Origin: Candidatus Firestoneibacteriota bacterium
GTDB taxonomy: Bacteria > Oederibacteriota > D2-FULL-39-29 > JBBTED01
DNA: 64,000 nucleotides
Direction of reading: 5' to 3'
NCBI GenBank assembly: GCA_038042445.1
Contig: JBBTED010000027.1
Coordinates: 42,470 to 106,469 of the forward strand
This document shows positions 9,990 through 19,999 of the stretch, piece after piece (the stretch's first letter is position 1; each line of letters starts with the position of its first letter). The position numbers were made by a program, and so were the translations under genes. The notes under the pieces are model-generated. The model was not told the origin of the DNA and searched no databases. It saw only the letters and a list, made by a program, of their open reading frames with translations.

Positions 9990-10168
9990 GTAGGGCAAGG
10001 CTTTACCTTGCGAATGGCAAACCTAAAGAGCCTGTGTCAAAACCCTATTTTGTCATCCTGAGGCAGTAGCCGAAGGATCTCATTTTTAAAGGGCTTTAAA
10101 GCGAGATTCTTCGGCTACTGCCTCAGAATGACACCTTTTTTGGTACAAGTTCTAAAGGTTTGCCCTAC
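9990..10168. mobile_element. Three-layer nested repeat: REP doublet > TIR element (10028-10152) > GTCA-type hairpin pair (10052-10132)
   Basis: Hairpin gcaaacc-taaa-ggtttgc is split with TAAA duplicated; imperfect TIRs gagcctgtgtcaaaa / ttttggtacaagttc; inner gtcatcctgaggcagtagccgaaggatct...agattcttcggctactgcctcagaatgac. Confidence 0.75.
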
Positions 10169-10182
10169 AATGACTTTTCCTA

Positions 10183-12327
10183 TTATGTTTTATTTTTAAA
10201 AGCTAAAATATAAACATAAAAAGTTGCGCCCTTTCCTGTTTCAGATTCTACATCTATATGCCCTTCATGCCTTCTTATTATAGAATAAACTGTTGCAAGT
10301 CCTAAACCACTACCTCTTGATTTTGTTGTCCAATAAGGATCAAATATTTTTGTTATATTCTCTTTTGCTATGCCAACTCCCTCATCTTTTATCGCTATTT
10401 TTACATATTCACCATCTTTAATTAATAAATCCCCTTTAATGTCAATATTCTCTGCATTAATCTGCACCACACCGCCTTCAGGCATAGATTCTACTGCATT
10501 TATAATTAAATTATTAATTACCTGAATCATCTGCCCTTCATCAAATTCAACTGACCATAGATTATCAGAAATTATAGTATCAAATTTTACCTTAGAATTT
10601 CTTGTCAAATATTTAACTGTATCATTTAATATTTTTGAAATTGACAAAACTTTTTTTATTGATTCTCCGCCCCTAGCAAAACTTGATAATTGTTTCGTTA
10701 ATTCTTTTGCCTGCAAAGACGCTTTTTCAGCATCAGCCAGTAATTCACCCAATTCCCCAGGATTTTGCAAATGCCTCTTCGCTAAAGAAATATTCCCTAA
10801 AATTGAAGTCAACATATTATTAAAATCATGGGCAATACCACCTGCAAAAACTCCTATTGATTCTACTTTTTGTGACTTTACAAACTCTATTTCTATTTTT
10901 TTCTGCTGTTCTTTTATTAAAAGAACATTTTGAATGTTAGATATCGCCGCTTCAAGTGAATCTTTTAATAAATTTAACCCATTAAGTTCATCTTTATAAA
11001 ACATATCCCCAGAAAATTTATTACCTAATAAAATACAACCTTTTATTCCCCCATTTTTATTTACAGCAATCATTACCGCGTAATCCCCTGCATTCATTCC
11101 ATCAAATATTTTCATTTCTGAGTCAGTAAGCACTCTTCCTATTTCTATTTTTTTCTGAAGTTCATCTCTTATTATTATTTCTTCTTTACCCTCAAAACAA
11201 TTCAAAAATACACTTTGATTGCTTTTTGTCTCCTTCATTGTATAAGATTTTTTATTTGAATCTTTACATTCAAATTCTCCTTCTATTATTGCTCCTGTTT
11301 TTCCAAATATTCTGATTGAACCTTTTTCTACAAGAAAAATCTGAGGTATTTCCTTTAATAAATATTCAACAAGTTGGTTTTCATCTAATATACTTCTAAT
11401 CTTTGATGTAAGCAATTGAATTGATTTAACAAAATCAATATTTTTTGCATAAAACTTTGCATTTATAAATGTACGAATTTTGCCACTAAATACTTTCAGG
11501 AATATAAAAGTAACAAATGTAATACAAGCTAAAGTTGGAAGGAAAAATGTCCTATGAAAATGAGAGGAAGGAAGTAGTATAAATACTATAATTATATTTA
11601 GTATTACCGTAGATGATAATATTGCCAAATATTCCAATATTTTTCGCAATAAATATTGCAGGTTCACCATTTTTATGCGGATAAATGCATAAGCAATAGC
11701 TATAGTGTAAAATAAACTTGTTAAGTTCCCAAATGGATAAAATTCTATACCAAATGTAGGCAAAAAATTTGTTACTCCTCCCAATGCGCCTAAAAATGTT
11801 CCCCAGAAAATATATTTATATTGTTGTCTTTTTTGTCCTGAAGAAATCTTTATTAATTTAAAGATTAAAACTTGTGCATAGGTTATGTAAAAAGAGAAAA
11901 CTACACTATATATCAAATCCCCTATATTTACCAATGGATAATATCCCCAGAAATATTTTTTTAACTCATTACTTAAAATATTGCATTTAAAGTGTAACAA
12001 TAAAAATAAAAAACTAAAAAAATAAGCAAGATAAAGCAAAGTTTTATTTAATTTGGTTTTTATGTTTGCAACATTATAAACAAAATGAAAGGTTGTAGAA
12101 AAAATAAATATTGTTCCTGAAATTAATATATGATTATATTTAACTGCTAACAAATATTCAGAAGTATTATACAACAAAAAGAAACCTAAATTCCATACAG
12201 CCATTGATAAATTCCAGAAAATATAAGCCAGAGTAATATTTTTATTTCTATTATTAATTAATATAAGTAATATTAGAGATATATTAAGAATAAATGCTAC
12301 TAATGGCTGTATTGAATAAATTGTCAT
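10183..12327 (-). CDS. Sensor histidine kinase with N-terminal 7TM-type membrane region
   Basis: Multi-TM N-terminus; H-box GIAHDFNN, N-box QVINNLIINA, DEGVG, IFDPY, GSGLGL; no receiver domain. Confidence 0.9.
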   Translation of the reverse strand: MTIYSIQPLVAFILNISLILLILINNRNKNITLAYIFWNLSMAVWNLGFFLLYNTSEYLLAVKYNHILISGTIFIFSTTFHFVYNVANIKTKLNKTLLYLAYFFSFLFLLLHFKCNILSNELKKYFWGYYPLVNIGDLIYSVVFSFYITYAQVLIFKLIKISSGQKRQQYKYIFWGTFLGALGGVTNFLPTFGIEFYPFGNLTSLFYTIAIAYAFIRIKMVNLQYLLRKILEYLAILSSTVILNIIIVFILLPSSHFHRTFFLPTLACITFVTFIFLKVFSGKIRTFINAKFYAKNIDFVKSIQLLTSKIRSILDENQLVEYLLKEIPQIFLVEKGSIRIFGKTGAIIEGEFECKDSNKKSYTMKETKSNQSVFLNCFEGKEEIIIRDELQKKIEIGRVLTDSEMKIFDGMNAGDYAVMIAVNKNGGIKGCILLGNKFSGDMFYKDELNGLNLLKDSLEAAISNIQNVLLIKEQQKKIEIEFVKSQKVESIGVFAGGIAHDFNNMLTSILGNISLAKRHLQNPGELGELLADAEKASLQAKELTKQLSSFARGGESIKKVLSISKILNDTVKYLTRNSKVKFDTIISDNLWSVEFDEGQMIQVINNLIINAVESMPEGGVVQINAENIDIKGDLLIKDGEYVKIAIKDEGVGIAKENITKIFDPYWTTKSRGSGLGLATVYSIIRRHEGHIDVESETGKGATFYVYILAFKNKT

Positions 12328-13580
12328 AAGTATTTTTTTAATAATAATACTGCATTTACACCTGAAAATCCAGAGGAATTTTGCATTGCAATATTTACTT
12401 CTTTTTTTCTTGCTTTATTTGGCACATAATCCAAATCACATTCTGGGTCAGGATATTCATAATTTATAGTTGGTGGAATAATATTATCTTCTATTATAAG
12501 ACAATTTGTTATAGTCTGAAAAGCGCCTGCTGGTCCTAAAGAATGGCCTATCATTGATTTTAAACCACTTATTGGCACTTTATATGCATATTCTCCAAAT
12601 GCTTTTTTAATAGCAAGTGTTTCTGTTTTTTCATTTAATTGTGTAGAACTTCCATGTGCCTGTATATAATCAACATTTTCAGGTTTAATATTTGCATTTT
12701 TCATTGCTATTTTCATTGCTCTTGCTGATTGCACCCCATCTGGAGCAGGAGCTGTCATATGATACGCATTACAAGTAGTTCCATAACCAATAACTTCAGC
12801 ATATATATGTGCATTTCTTTTTATAGCATGTTCTAATTCTTCCATAATAACTATACCTGAGCCTTCTCCCATAACAAATCCATCTCTTTCTTTATCAAAA
12901 GGTCTTGAAGCTTTTTCCGGCTCATTATTTCTCGTAGACAATGCTTTTATTGCGCAAAATGAATACATTGTTAAAGGAGCAATTGGAGCCTCTGTTCCAC
13001 CTGCAAAAATAATATCTGCAATTCCTTGTTGTATAGATGTATATGCATTACCTATAGCTACTGTTCCTGCTGTGCATCCTGTTGATATTACATTGTTATA
13101 TCCAACTATGCCTAAGTCTATTGAAATCTGGCCAACTGAAGCGCAACAAAATACTGCAATCGTAGTAAAAGTGCTTACTCCTCTTAAACCATTCAATCTA
13201 TAGTTTGTAAATTGTTTCTCTGCAAAATCCATTCCGCTTACTGCAATACCAATAACTAACCCAATTCTTTCAGGATCTTCGTTTTTTATATTTAATTTTG
13301 CATCTATTAAAGCCAATTTAGCAGCACCCATAGCATATTGTGTAGATAAATCAGTTCTTCTAATTTGCTTTGGATCCATATATTTTTTGGGATCAAAATT
13401 ATCTATTTCAGCAGCTATTTGCGAAGGATGTTGGGAAGCATCAAATCTCGTAATTTTGCGTGTCCAAGATTTACCTGCTATTGTATTTTCCCAGAATTCC
13501 TGTTTTCCTATACCACTTGGAGCAACAACTCCAAGCCCTGTTATAACAACTCGTCTTTTATTTTCTTTAGTATCATTCAT
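12324..13580 (-). CDS. Beta-ketoacyl synthase, FabF / type II PKS KS-alpha-like
   Basis: RRVVITGLGVVAP; catalytic STGCTAG, AHGSST and KSMIGHSLG; likely start ATG 13580. Confidence 0.88.
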   Translation of the reverse strand: MNDTKENKRRVVITGLGVVAPSGIGKQEFWENTIAGKSWTRKITRFDASQHPSQIAAEIDNFDPKKYMDPKQIRRTDLSTQYAMGAAKLALIDAKLNIKNEDPERIGLVIGIAVSGMDFAEKQFTNYRLNGLRGVSTFTTIAVFCCASVGQISIDLGIVGYNNVISTGCTAGTVAIGNAYTSIQQGIADIIFAGGTEAPIAPLTMYSFCAIKALSTRNNEPEKASRPFDKERDGFVMGEGSGIVIMEELEHAIKRNAHIYAEVIGYGTTCNAYHMTAPAPDGVQSARAMKIAMKNANIKPENVDYIQAHGSSTQLNEKTETLAIKKAFGEYAYKVPISGLKSMIGHSLGPAGAFQTITNCLIIEDNIIPPTINYEYPDPECDLDYVPNKARKKEVNIAMQNSSGFSGVNAVLLLKKYL

Positions 13581-13652
13581 TTTATAATAAATTAAGTCGT
13601 TCTGATTCGCCTGTAACAAATTAGCCAAAATAAATTTCGCTACGCAATAATT

Positions 13653-13865
13653 GTCATCCTGAGCGTTAGTGAAGGATCTCGTCTTGTAACAGATTAGCCA
13701 TTCTAAAAATACACATTATTATTGTAGCTGCAGAGCAAAGCTCTGCTAAAAAACAGCAAAGCTTTCGCTTTGCGGCTACATAAACCATACAAAATCCATT
13801 AAATCTTAGAATGGCCAACCTATTACCTCGTCTTTATATAGATTCTTTATTTCATTCAGAGTGAC
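13653..13865. repeat. GTCA-type hairpin repeat interrupted by a MITE
   Basis: gtcatcctgagcgttagtgaaggatct ... agattctttatttcattcagagtgac. Confidence 0.7.
13686..13826. mobile_element. MITE copy 1 (141 bp)
   Basis: TIRs gtaacagattagccattctaa / ttagaatggccaacctattac; 8-bp TSD ctcgtctt. Confidence 0.9.
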
Positions 13866-13903
13866 AAAAAAGGTTGTTGAAAAACTTCCACTCCATTTGC
13901 ATC

Positions 13904-14488
13904 TTACACATCTTTAACACCAGTTTTAAATATTGGAATAGGGAAAAATGCCCATACTTCTTTTTTGTATTTTAGATATTCTTCACCAAATTTTTTAATT
14001 AGTGCTTTTTCCTCAAAAATAAATCTTAAAATAATAAGTGGAACAAATGTAATTACAATCAAAAAAAATGAATAATAAGCATTTGCTATTAAAGGTAGAC
14101 CCAAAATTTCACAAAATAAAAACAAATAATGTGGATGCCTCATATATTTATAAGGACCTTTTTTAATTAAAGGATGGACATCTCTTATTTCTATTTCTAC
14201 AGTCCAGTATTTATCTAAAGTCTTTATTGCCCAAATAGAAAGCATCCAACCCAGAATATACAAAACAAAAGCAATACCAGAAATATAATAATTTATATTT
14301 CTTTCAATAATAAAAAATTCTATAGGCGAAACAAAAATTGGTAATATATAAAAAATATATATTGATTTAGTTATCCATTGAAATGAAATTTCCCCTTCTA
14401 TTTTTTTGATTTTATGTATTTTAGAAGTAATAAAGAACTTATTTATAAATACAAGAATTGCGAAAATTAAATAAATATTTTCAAACAT
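13904..14488 (-). CDS. Isoprenylcysteine carboxyl methyltransferase (ICMT/PEMT) family membrane methyltransferase
   Basis: HPLIKKGPYKYMRHPHY, RFIFEEKAL..KFGEEY. Confidence 0.88.
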   Translation of the reverse strand: MFENIYLIFAILVFINKFFITSKIHKIKKIEGEISFQWITKSIYIFYILPIFVSPIEFFIIERNINYYISGIAFVLYILGWMLSIWAIKTLDKYWTVEIEIRDVHPLIKKGPYKYMRHPHYLFLFCEILGLPLIANAYYSFFLIVITFVPLIILRFIFEEKALIKKFGEEYLKYKKEVWAFFPIPIFKTGVKDV

Positions 14489-14497
14489 TTAGTTTAT

Positions 14498-15865
14498 TTA
14501 TTTTGGAGCTTTTGCCTTTGGATAAGAATAAGCTACATAATGCGAAGATAAATTTGCTATTATAGGAAATATTCTCTCATTTAACCTCACATTATTTTCA
14601 TTCCAATTATTATACAATTTCATAAGCCTGTTAAAAACAGTATTTAATTCAAATAGTTCCTGAAAAGCCCAGCAATAACCATTTTCCAAATCCTTTTCAG
14701 ACATATTTTTTGGTTTATAACATACATGACAACAATCAAAATATGCCCAACTTTTATTTAATATTCTTTTTTCTTTTTCAAGTTTAAAAAATAATTGTGT
14801 TCCAGGCAAAGGTGTAAGAATATTTACAAAACAATTGCCAATACCAGAATCTTTTATAAAATTAACTGTTCTTTCAAATACATTTATATCATCATCATCA
14901 AACCCAAATATAAATGAACCAAGAATAATAATACCTTTTGATTGAATTTTTCCTATTGCTTTATAATATAAATCAACTTTGTATTGATTGCCTTTATGAA
15001 CTTCTGCTAAATTTTTTTGGTTAATTGATTCAAACCCTATTAAAATACTTAAACAACCACTTGCTACTAATAAATCAAGCAATTCATCATCTTCATATAT
15101 CTCAATGGTTGCCTGTATTGTATAAGGTGTTTTAAGTGGTATCATTGCTTTTAAAAGTTCTTTTGCTCTTTTTTTATCAACTAAAAAATTATCATCACAA
15201 AAGAAAATCAATTTTTTATCAATTGAATTTACAAATTCTATTTCTTTTATTACTTTTTCAACTGATTTACATCTGTATTTTTTACCAAAATATGTCTGAA
15301 CAGAACAAAATTCGCAATTATAAGGACATCCGCGTGTTGTTTGAAGTATATGAAAATTATATTTTTTATTATTTAATAAATCGTATCTGGGAATAGGAGA
15401 TAAATTTATATCAGGTTTTTCAGGAGATTCGTATATTTTTTTTAGATTATTATTTTTAAAATCTTCTATTACCTGCTTCCATATATTTTCTGCTTCTCCT
15501 TTTACAATAGTATCTGCATGTAAAAGCCCTTCTTCTGGAAGCATAGAAGTATGAATTCCACCAATTACAACTTGGACATTTCTTTTTCTGAATTCATCAG
15601 CAATTTCATAGGCACGAGTAGCCAAAGATGTATTGGCACTTATTCCAACTAAATCAACTTTTTCATCAAAGTTAATATCCTCTATGTTTTCATCTTTGAT
15701 AATTATATTTACATCTTCTGGTGTAAGCGCTGCTATAACAGGTATTGAAGCTATCATAGCACTGTATTTTTTTACTCCAAAAACAATTGATTGAAATTGT
15801 CCTCCCCAGTTTTCTAATTCTGTATCAGCAGTTTTTCGTTTGGGAACAATCAGCTTTAAAATCAC
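14498..15865 (-). CDS. B12-binding radical SAM protein
   Basis: N-terminal B12-binding region (VVIGGIHTS); TTRGCPYNCEFC; LTPLPGT. Confidence 0.9.
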   Translation of the reverse strand: MILKLIVPKRKTADTELENWGGQFQSIVFGVKKYSAMIASIPVIAALTPEDVNIIIKDENIEDINFDEKVDLVGISANTSLATRAYEIADEFRKRNVQVVIGGIHTSMLPEEGLLHADTIVKGEAENIWKQVIEDFKNNNLKKIYESPEKPDINLSPIPRYDLLNNKKYNFHILQTTRGCPYNCEFCSVQTYFGKKYRCKSVEKVIKEIEFVNSIDKKLIFFCDDNFLVDKKRAKELLKAMIPLKTPYTIQATIEIYEDDELLDLLVASGCLSILIGFESINQKNLAEVHKGNQYKVDLYYKAIGKIQSKGIIILGSFIFGFDDDDINVFERTVNFIKDSGIGNCFVNILTPLPGTQLFFKLEKEKRILNKSWAYFDCCHVCYKPKNMSEKDLENGYCWAFQELFELNTVFNRLMKLYNNWNENNVRLNERIFPIIANLSSHYVAYSYPKAKAPK

Positions 15866-16455
15866 TCTACATCCTTTCTTGCTATTGCAATTTTAGGAAA
15901 AAATCTATTCACCTCTTGTTTATAACTTATATATTTTTCTTTTAATGTTTCAAGCATTGCTTTTTCTTCTATGATTGAACGTAAAATAATTATTGGAAAA
16001 TATGTAATTAAAAATATAGTGAGAAAATAATAGGAATTTGGAATCAAAGTAATTCCTAATACTTCAAGTAAGTGAAAAACATTATTTGGGTGTCTCATAT
16101 ATTTATATGGACCATTTTTTATTAACTCGTGATTATCTCGTATTTCAATATCCACACTCCAGTATTTCCCAAGCGAATTAAATGCCCACTGCCTTCCAAA
16201 AAGACCTATAGAATATAGCATAATTCCTGCACAACTTACAAACAAATTCATATTTCTTTTTGCAACAAAATATTCTATAAAACTACCAAAAAGTATAATA
16301 AGGTAGACATAAAATATATATTTGGATGTCCATTTAGCAATAACCTTGCCTTTGAGTTTTTCGGATTTCAAAGTTTTTTTTCTGATTGTGGACCTTATAT
16401 GAAATGTAACTGCAAAAAATATAATATAAAATATTGTGAAATAAATGTTATTCAT
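15862..16455 (-). CDS. ICMT/PEMT family membrane methyltransferase (second copy)
   Basis: HELIKNGPYKYMRHPN, RSIIEEKAM. Confidence 0.88.
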   Translation of the reverse strand: MNNIYFTIFYIIFFAVTFHIRSTIRKKTLKSEKLKGKVIAKWTSKYIFYVYLIILFGSFIEYFVAKRNMNLFVSCAGIMLYSIGLFGRQWAFNSLGKYWSVDIEIRDNHELIKNGPYKYMRHPNNVFHLLEVLGITLIPNSYYFLTIFLITYFPIIILRSIIEEKAMLETLKEKYISYKQEVNRFFPKIAIARKDVE

Positions 16456-16472
16456 TATTTTTAATAGTACTC

Positions 16473-16595
16473 AATCTATGTCATAATGGTAGCCGCAGGC
16501 TTTAGCCTGCGAAAAAATTGTAAAAAATACCGCAAGCTAAAGCTTGCGACTACCACTACAGAGAAAATCGCAAAAAACGAATTATGACACAGTCT
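16473..16595. mobile_element. MITE-like element wrapping a REP doublet
   Basis: Imperfect TIRs aatctatgtcataat / attatgacacagtct around ggtagccgcaggc...gcgactacc; inverted partial copy at 29170-29260. Confidence 0.6.
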
Positions 16596-17031
16596 AAATG
16601 ACTCCTTCCAATTTGTTCTTTAAACCAAGCAAAACATTTCTTGTAAGCTTGTCAATTGCGGGTTTTGCTATGAATTTGGATAAAATCCAGCCTAAAACAG
16701 GTGGATTTAAGCTTAATCTGTGTGTTATTGTTAATTTCGTGCCTTCAGGAACTTCTTCAAATAGCCACTCGATTTTCATTCCTTTTAATCTGCCTTCAAT
16801 TTGTTCAAATTCTATTGTTTTATTGATATTAAATTTTACTTTTGACTTCCACTTCATTATTTTACCTTTTATTTCTGCAACTCTTTCAACAATCATTCCA
16901 CCATCTTCTGTTTTTATAAGCTTTGATGGTTTATACCCCGGTATATAGGTATGAGAGTTTTCAATATCCTGTGCAATTTTATATACTTCAGGTAAATTTC
17001 TTTTTATTATAATTGTATCTTTTGTAATCAT
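16594..17031 (-). CDS. SRPBCC/START polyketide cyclase-aromatase family protein
   Basis: IEFEQIEGRLKGMKIEWLF, GTKLTITH; ATG 17031 overlaps the cyclase TGA. Confidence 0.82.
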   Translation of the reverse strand: MITKDTIIIKRNLPEVYKIAQDIENSHTYIPGYKPSKLIKTEDGGMIVERVAEIKGKIMKWKSKVKFNINKTIEFEQIEGRLKGMKIEWLFEEVPEGTKLTITHRLSLNPPVLGWILSKFIAKPAIDKLTRNVLLGLKNKLEGVI

Positions 17032-17795
17032 ATTATTGCTACCACTCTGCACCAGCCGGCACTTGCTTTTTCAATTTTAACAGGAAAACAAATTATTTTA
17101 AAGCCGAAAGGTTTGGGAATCTTATCCAAATTAGCAAGTTTTTCTATATGACAGTATTCAATTTTTTTCCCAACAAAATGTGCAGGAAATATAAAAGTAT
17201 TATCTTTGGTTTTAAGAAAATCCTGCAACATATTAATTGCAGGTCTGTCAAAACCCCATGCATCTATCCCAAGTATTTTAACACCTTGTTTTAAAATATA
17301 TTCTGTCCCTTCGGCACTCATTCCAGAATGTGCTGAAAAATAATTATCTTTTTCAAAATATTTGTCTGCACCTGTCATTATCAATACAATATCATAGGGC
17401 TTTATTTTATAGTTTATTTTATCTAATGCTTTTTGCACATCTATCTGCAAAATTGCATCACCTTGTTGTTTATGCCTAAAATCAAGAAGGACACCATCAT
17501 TATAACACCATTCTAAAGGAATCTCATCAACTGTTATTGCTTTTTTACCATTAATCTGCGAAGTAAAATGCCAAGGAGCATCAAGATGTGTTCCTGAATG
17601 TGTATCTAATATTATTTCTTCATTTGCAAGACCTCTACCATCAGGAAAATCTTTTTCAGTTATTTGAGTTTTAAAAATATTACTCGCAGCAGCACTAAGA
17701 TTTTTTGCACCCTCTATATGATTAAAATATTTTATTTTGGGTGACTCAGGCTCCGGTGTATTATTTTTAATAGGTAAACTCAAGTCAATAAGCAT
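17028..17795 (-). CDS. Cyclase family protein (kynurenine formamidase fold, DpsY/OxyN-like)
   Basis: LIDLS, HSGTHLDAPWH metal motif, GIDAWGFD, HIEKLANL. Confidence 0.88.
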   Translation of the reverse strand: MLIDLSLPIKNNTPEPESPKIKYFNHIEGAKNLSAAASNIFKTQITEKDFPDGRGLANEEIILDTHSGTHLDAPWHFTSQINGKKAITVDEIPLEWCYNDGVLLDFRHKQQGDAILQIDVQKALDKINYKIKPYDIVLIMTGADKYFEKDNYFSAHSGMSAEGTEYILKQGVKILGIDAWGFDRPAINMLQDFLKTKDNTFIFPAHFVGKKIEYCHIEKLANLDKIPKPFGFKIICFPVKIEKASAGWCRVVAII

Positions 17796-17803
17796 TTTAT
17801 TTT

Positions 17804-18208
17804 TTACAAATCTTTTTTATGAACCATAAATGGTTTTTGACCTACAAACTCACCATTTGCAAATATCCTGAATGCATATTTGCCTGGCTCATTAAAAACT
17901 ATGCCGTGCAAATTAAATACTAATTCATAACTTGCCAGTTTATCAACTACATCAATTTCAGGTATTTCTGTCTTAGCAACAACTATATCTGTATCAAAAT
18001 TAACGAATTCTAAAGCAAATTTATATATTCCCAATGCATCAGTAAATTTTACAAACACACTCAAAGATGGATGTGCGCAGGGAAAAGAAGATGCTGAGAT
18101 ATTTTCAAATAATCCAATTAAACTCTTCTTATTTGTTCCAACTTCAGTAATTACTGTATCGCATATAAGCATTGCATTCAAATGCGGTTTTAGATTTGAA
18201 GTATTCAT
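17804..18208 (-). CDS. Hypothetical beta-sandwich protein (DUF6941-like)
   Basis: LICD..I....KKSLIGLF, F.EPGKY pattern. Confidence 0.6.
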   Translation of the reverse strand: MNTSNLKPHLNAMLICDTVITEVGTNKKSLIGLFENISASSFPCAHPSLSVFVKFTDALGIYKFALEFVNFDTDIVVAKTEIPEIDVVDKLASYELVFNLHGIVFNEPGKYAFRIFANGEFVGQKPFMVHKKDL

Positions 18209-18240
18209 ATTTTTACCTTCTCACTACTGTTACATTTAAA

Positions 18241-18379
18241 GTAACATTAGCCATTCTAAGAATATACATTATTATTGTAGCTGCAGAGCAAAGCTCTGCT
18301 AAAAACCAGCAAAGCTTTCGCTTTGCGGCTACATAAACTATACAAAATCCATTAAATATTAGAATGGCTAACCTATTAC
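18241..18379. mobile_element. MITE copy 2 (139 bp)
   Basis: Same TIRs and REP cargo as copy 1; 8-bp TSD catttaaa. Confidence 0.9.
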
Positions 18380-18426
18380 CATTTAAAAGACTTTGGTTCC
18401 CCGATTACTCGGGAATGACAGAATTT

Positions 18427-19914
18427 TTACTTTACAACTGCTGGAGTTGATTTTTGTATTATCTCTGCACCTTTTAGCACATCTATTGCTCGTAGGACAA
18501 CAGGATCTTCAGACAAAGCAGTAACCTGCGCAGCATCGTCATTTTTCAATAAGCGAACAATTTCCATTTTAATAGAACGACTTATAAAAGATTTACCTTT
18601 TGATGCATCATCATCACTAATAGTATATCCATTTGCCTTTGCAAAACTAATAAAATCCTGAATAATTTTTTCGCTAATTTTAATATCAACAGTAATATCT
18701 TTATGTTCTTCTATATATTTTTTTGCATAATGGATAAAATGTTCATAGTATTGTAATTTCCATACAGATTCCGGTATAAATGGTTCATCTTCTACTAGAA
18801 CATCCGGAGCTATTCCTTTTTCATGAATAAGTCTTCCACTTGGCGTATAATAATATGCAGTTGTAAGTTTTAACCCAGCTCCATTATTCATCGGATATAT
18901 ACTTTGCACAGAACCTTTGCCAAAAGTTTGGCTTCCTATTATTACTCCTCTTCCACTATCTTGTATTACACCTGTTACAATTTCAGAAGCACTTGCACTA
19001 CCTTTATTAACCAATACAACCAATGGCTCAGGATGAGGTGCAGCACCACTATCTGCATAATAATTTCTGTTTTGTTCTTTAATTCTACCTTTTGTATAAA
19101 CTATTAATTTACCATCACCAATAAATTTACAAGAAACATCAACTGCAGAAGAAAGTAATCCACCAGGATTACCACGTAAATCTAAAATTAATGCTTTAAC
19201 TTTTGAAGTTTCTAAATCCTTTAATGCTTTTTCCAAATCTGCACTTGTTTTCTCCATAAAACTTCGGACACGAACATATCCAATATCGCCATTTAAAACA
19301 TAAGACTGAACACTTATCATTTTAATTGTTTCTCTTGTAACTATAATATCAAATGGTTCTTTAACACTTTCACGTAATATTGTTATAGTAACTTGAGTCC
19401 CTCTTGGACCTCTTAATTTTTTTACAGCCTCGTTTATTGTAATATCTTTTGTAGTTTCTCCATTTATTTTTATTATTTTATCTCCTGATTTTACACCTGC
19501 TTTATACGCAGGAGTTCCTTCAATAGGAGATACTACAGTAAGCACATCACTTCGTATTGATATTTCTATTCCAAGTCCTTCAAAAGAACCACCTGTATCT
19601 GTTTGAAGCTCTTTATATTCCTCTGCATCCATAAACTGGCTATGTGGATCAAGTGTAGAAACCATACCCTTAATTGCTCCCTGAATTAATTTTTGCGAAT
19701 CAGCTTTGTCAACATCTACATAAGATTGCTGTATTTGTGAAAGAACATCTACAAACGGAACCATATCCTGATATGTCTTTTCTATAATTTCTCTTGGTTT
19801 ATCCTGACCAATTGCACCAATTGAAAATCCAACCAGAATAGCTAATATCCCTATACCACTCACTTTGTTCGGGTATAGGGCATGCCCTATTACTTTTAAT
19901 ATTCTTTTATACAT
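18427..19914 (-). CDS. ctpA: Carboxyl-terminal processing protease (S41)
   Basis: LDPHS, PDZ GLGI, DLRGNPGG, SASASEI, TFGKGSVQ. Confidence 0.95.
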   Translation of the reverse strand: MYKRILKVIGHALYPNKVSGIGILAILVGFSIGAIGQDKPREIIEKTYQDMVPFVDVLSQIQQSYVDVDKADSQKLIQGAIKGMVSTLDPHSQFMDAEEYKELQTDTGGSFEGLGIEISIRSDVLTVVSPIEGTPAYKAGVKSGDKIIKINGETTKDITINEAVKKLRGPRGTQVTITILRESVKEPFDIIVTRETIKMISVQSYVLNGDIGYVRVRSFMEKTSADLEKALKDLETSKVKALILDLRGNPGGLLSSAVDVSCKFIGDGKLIVYTKGRIKEQNRNYYADSGAAPHPEPLVVLVNKGSASASEIVTGVIQDSGRGVIIGSQTFGKGSVQSIYPMNNGAGLKLTTAYYYTPSGRLIHEKGIAPDVLVEDEPFIPESVWKLQYYEHFIHYAKKYIEEHKDITVDIKISEKIIQDFISFAKANGYTISDDDASKGKSFISRSIKMEIVRLLKNDDAAQVTALSEDPVVLRAIDVLKGAEIIQKSTPAVVK

Positions 19915-19999
19915 AAATTTCCTCCCTAATTAAACCTGTTGCATTTAAAAGACTCTGGATTCCCGATAGAAACATTCGGGAATGACAAAATACTATTTA

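Noticed and set aside
13613..13630. gtaacaaattagcc as a further MITE end (similar motif near 48494)
   Set aside because: It is a lone partial TIR without a partner end or TSD.
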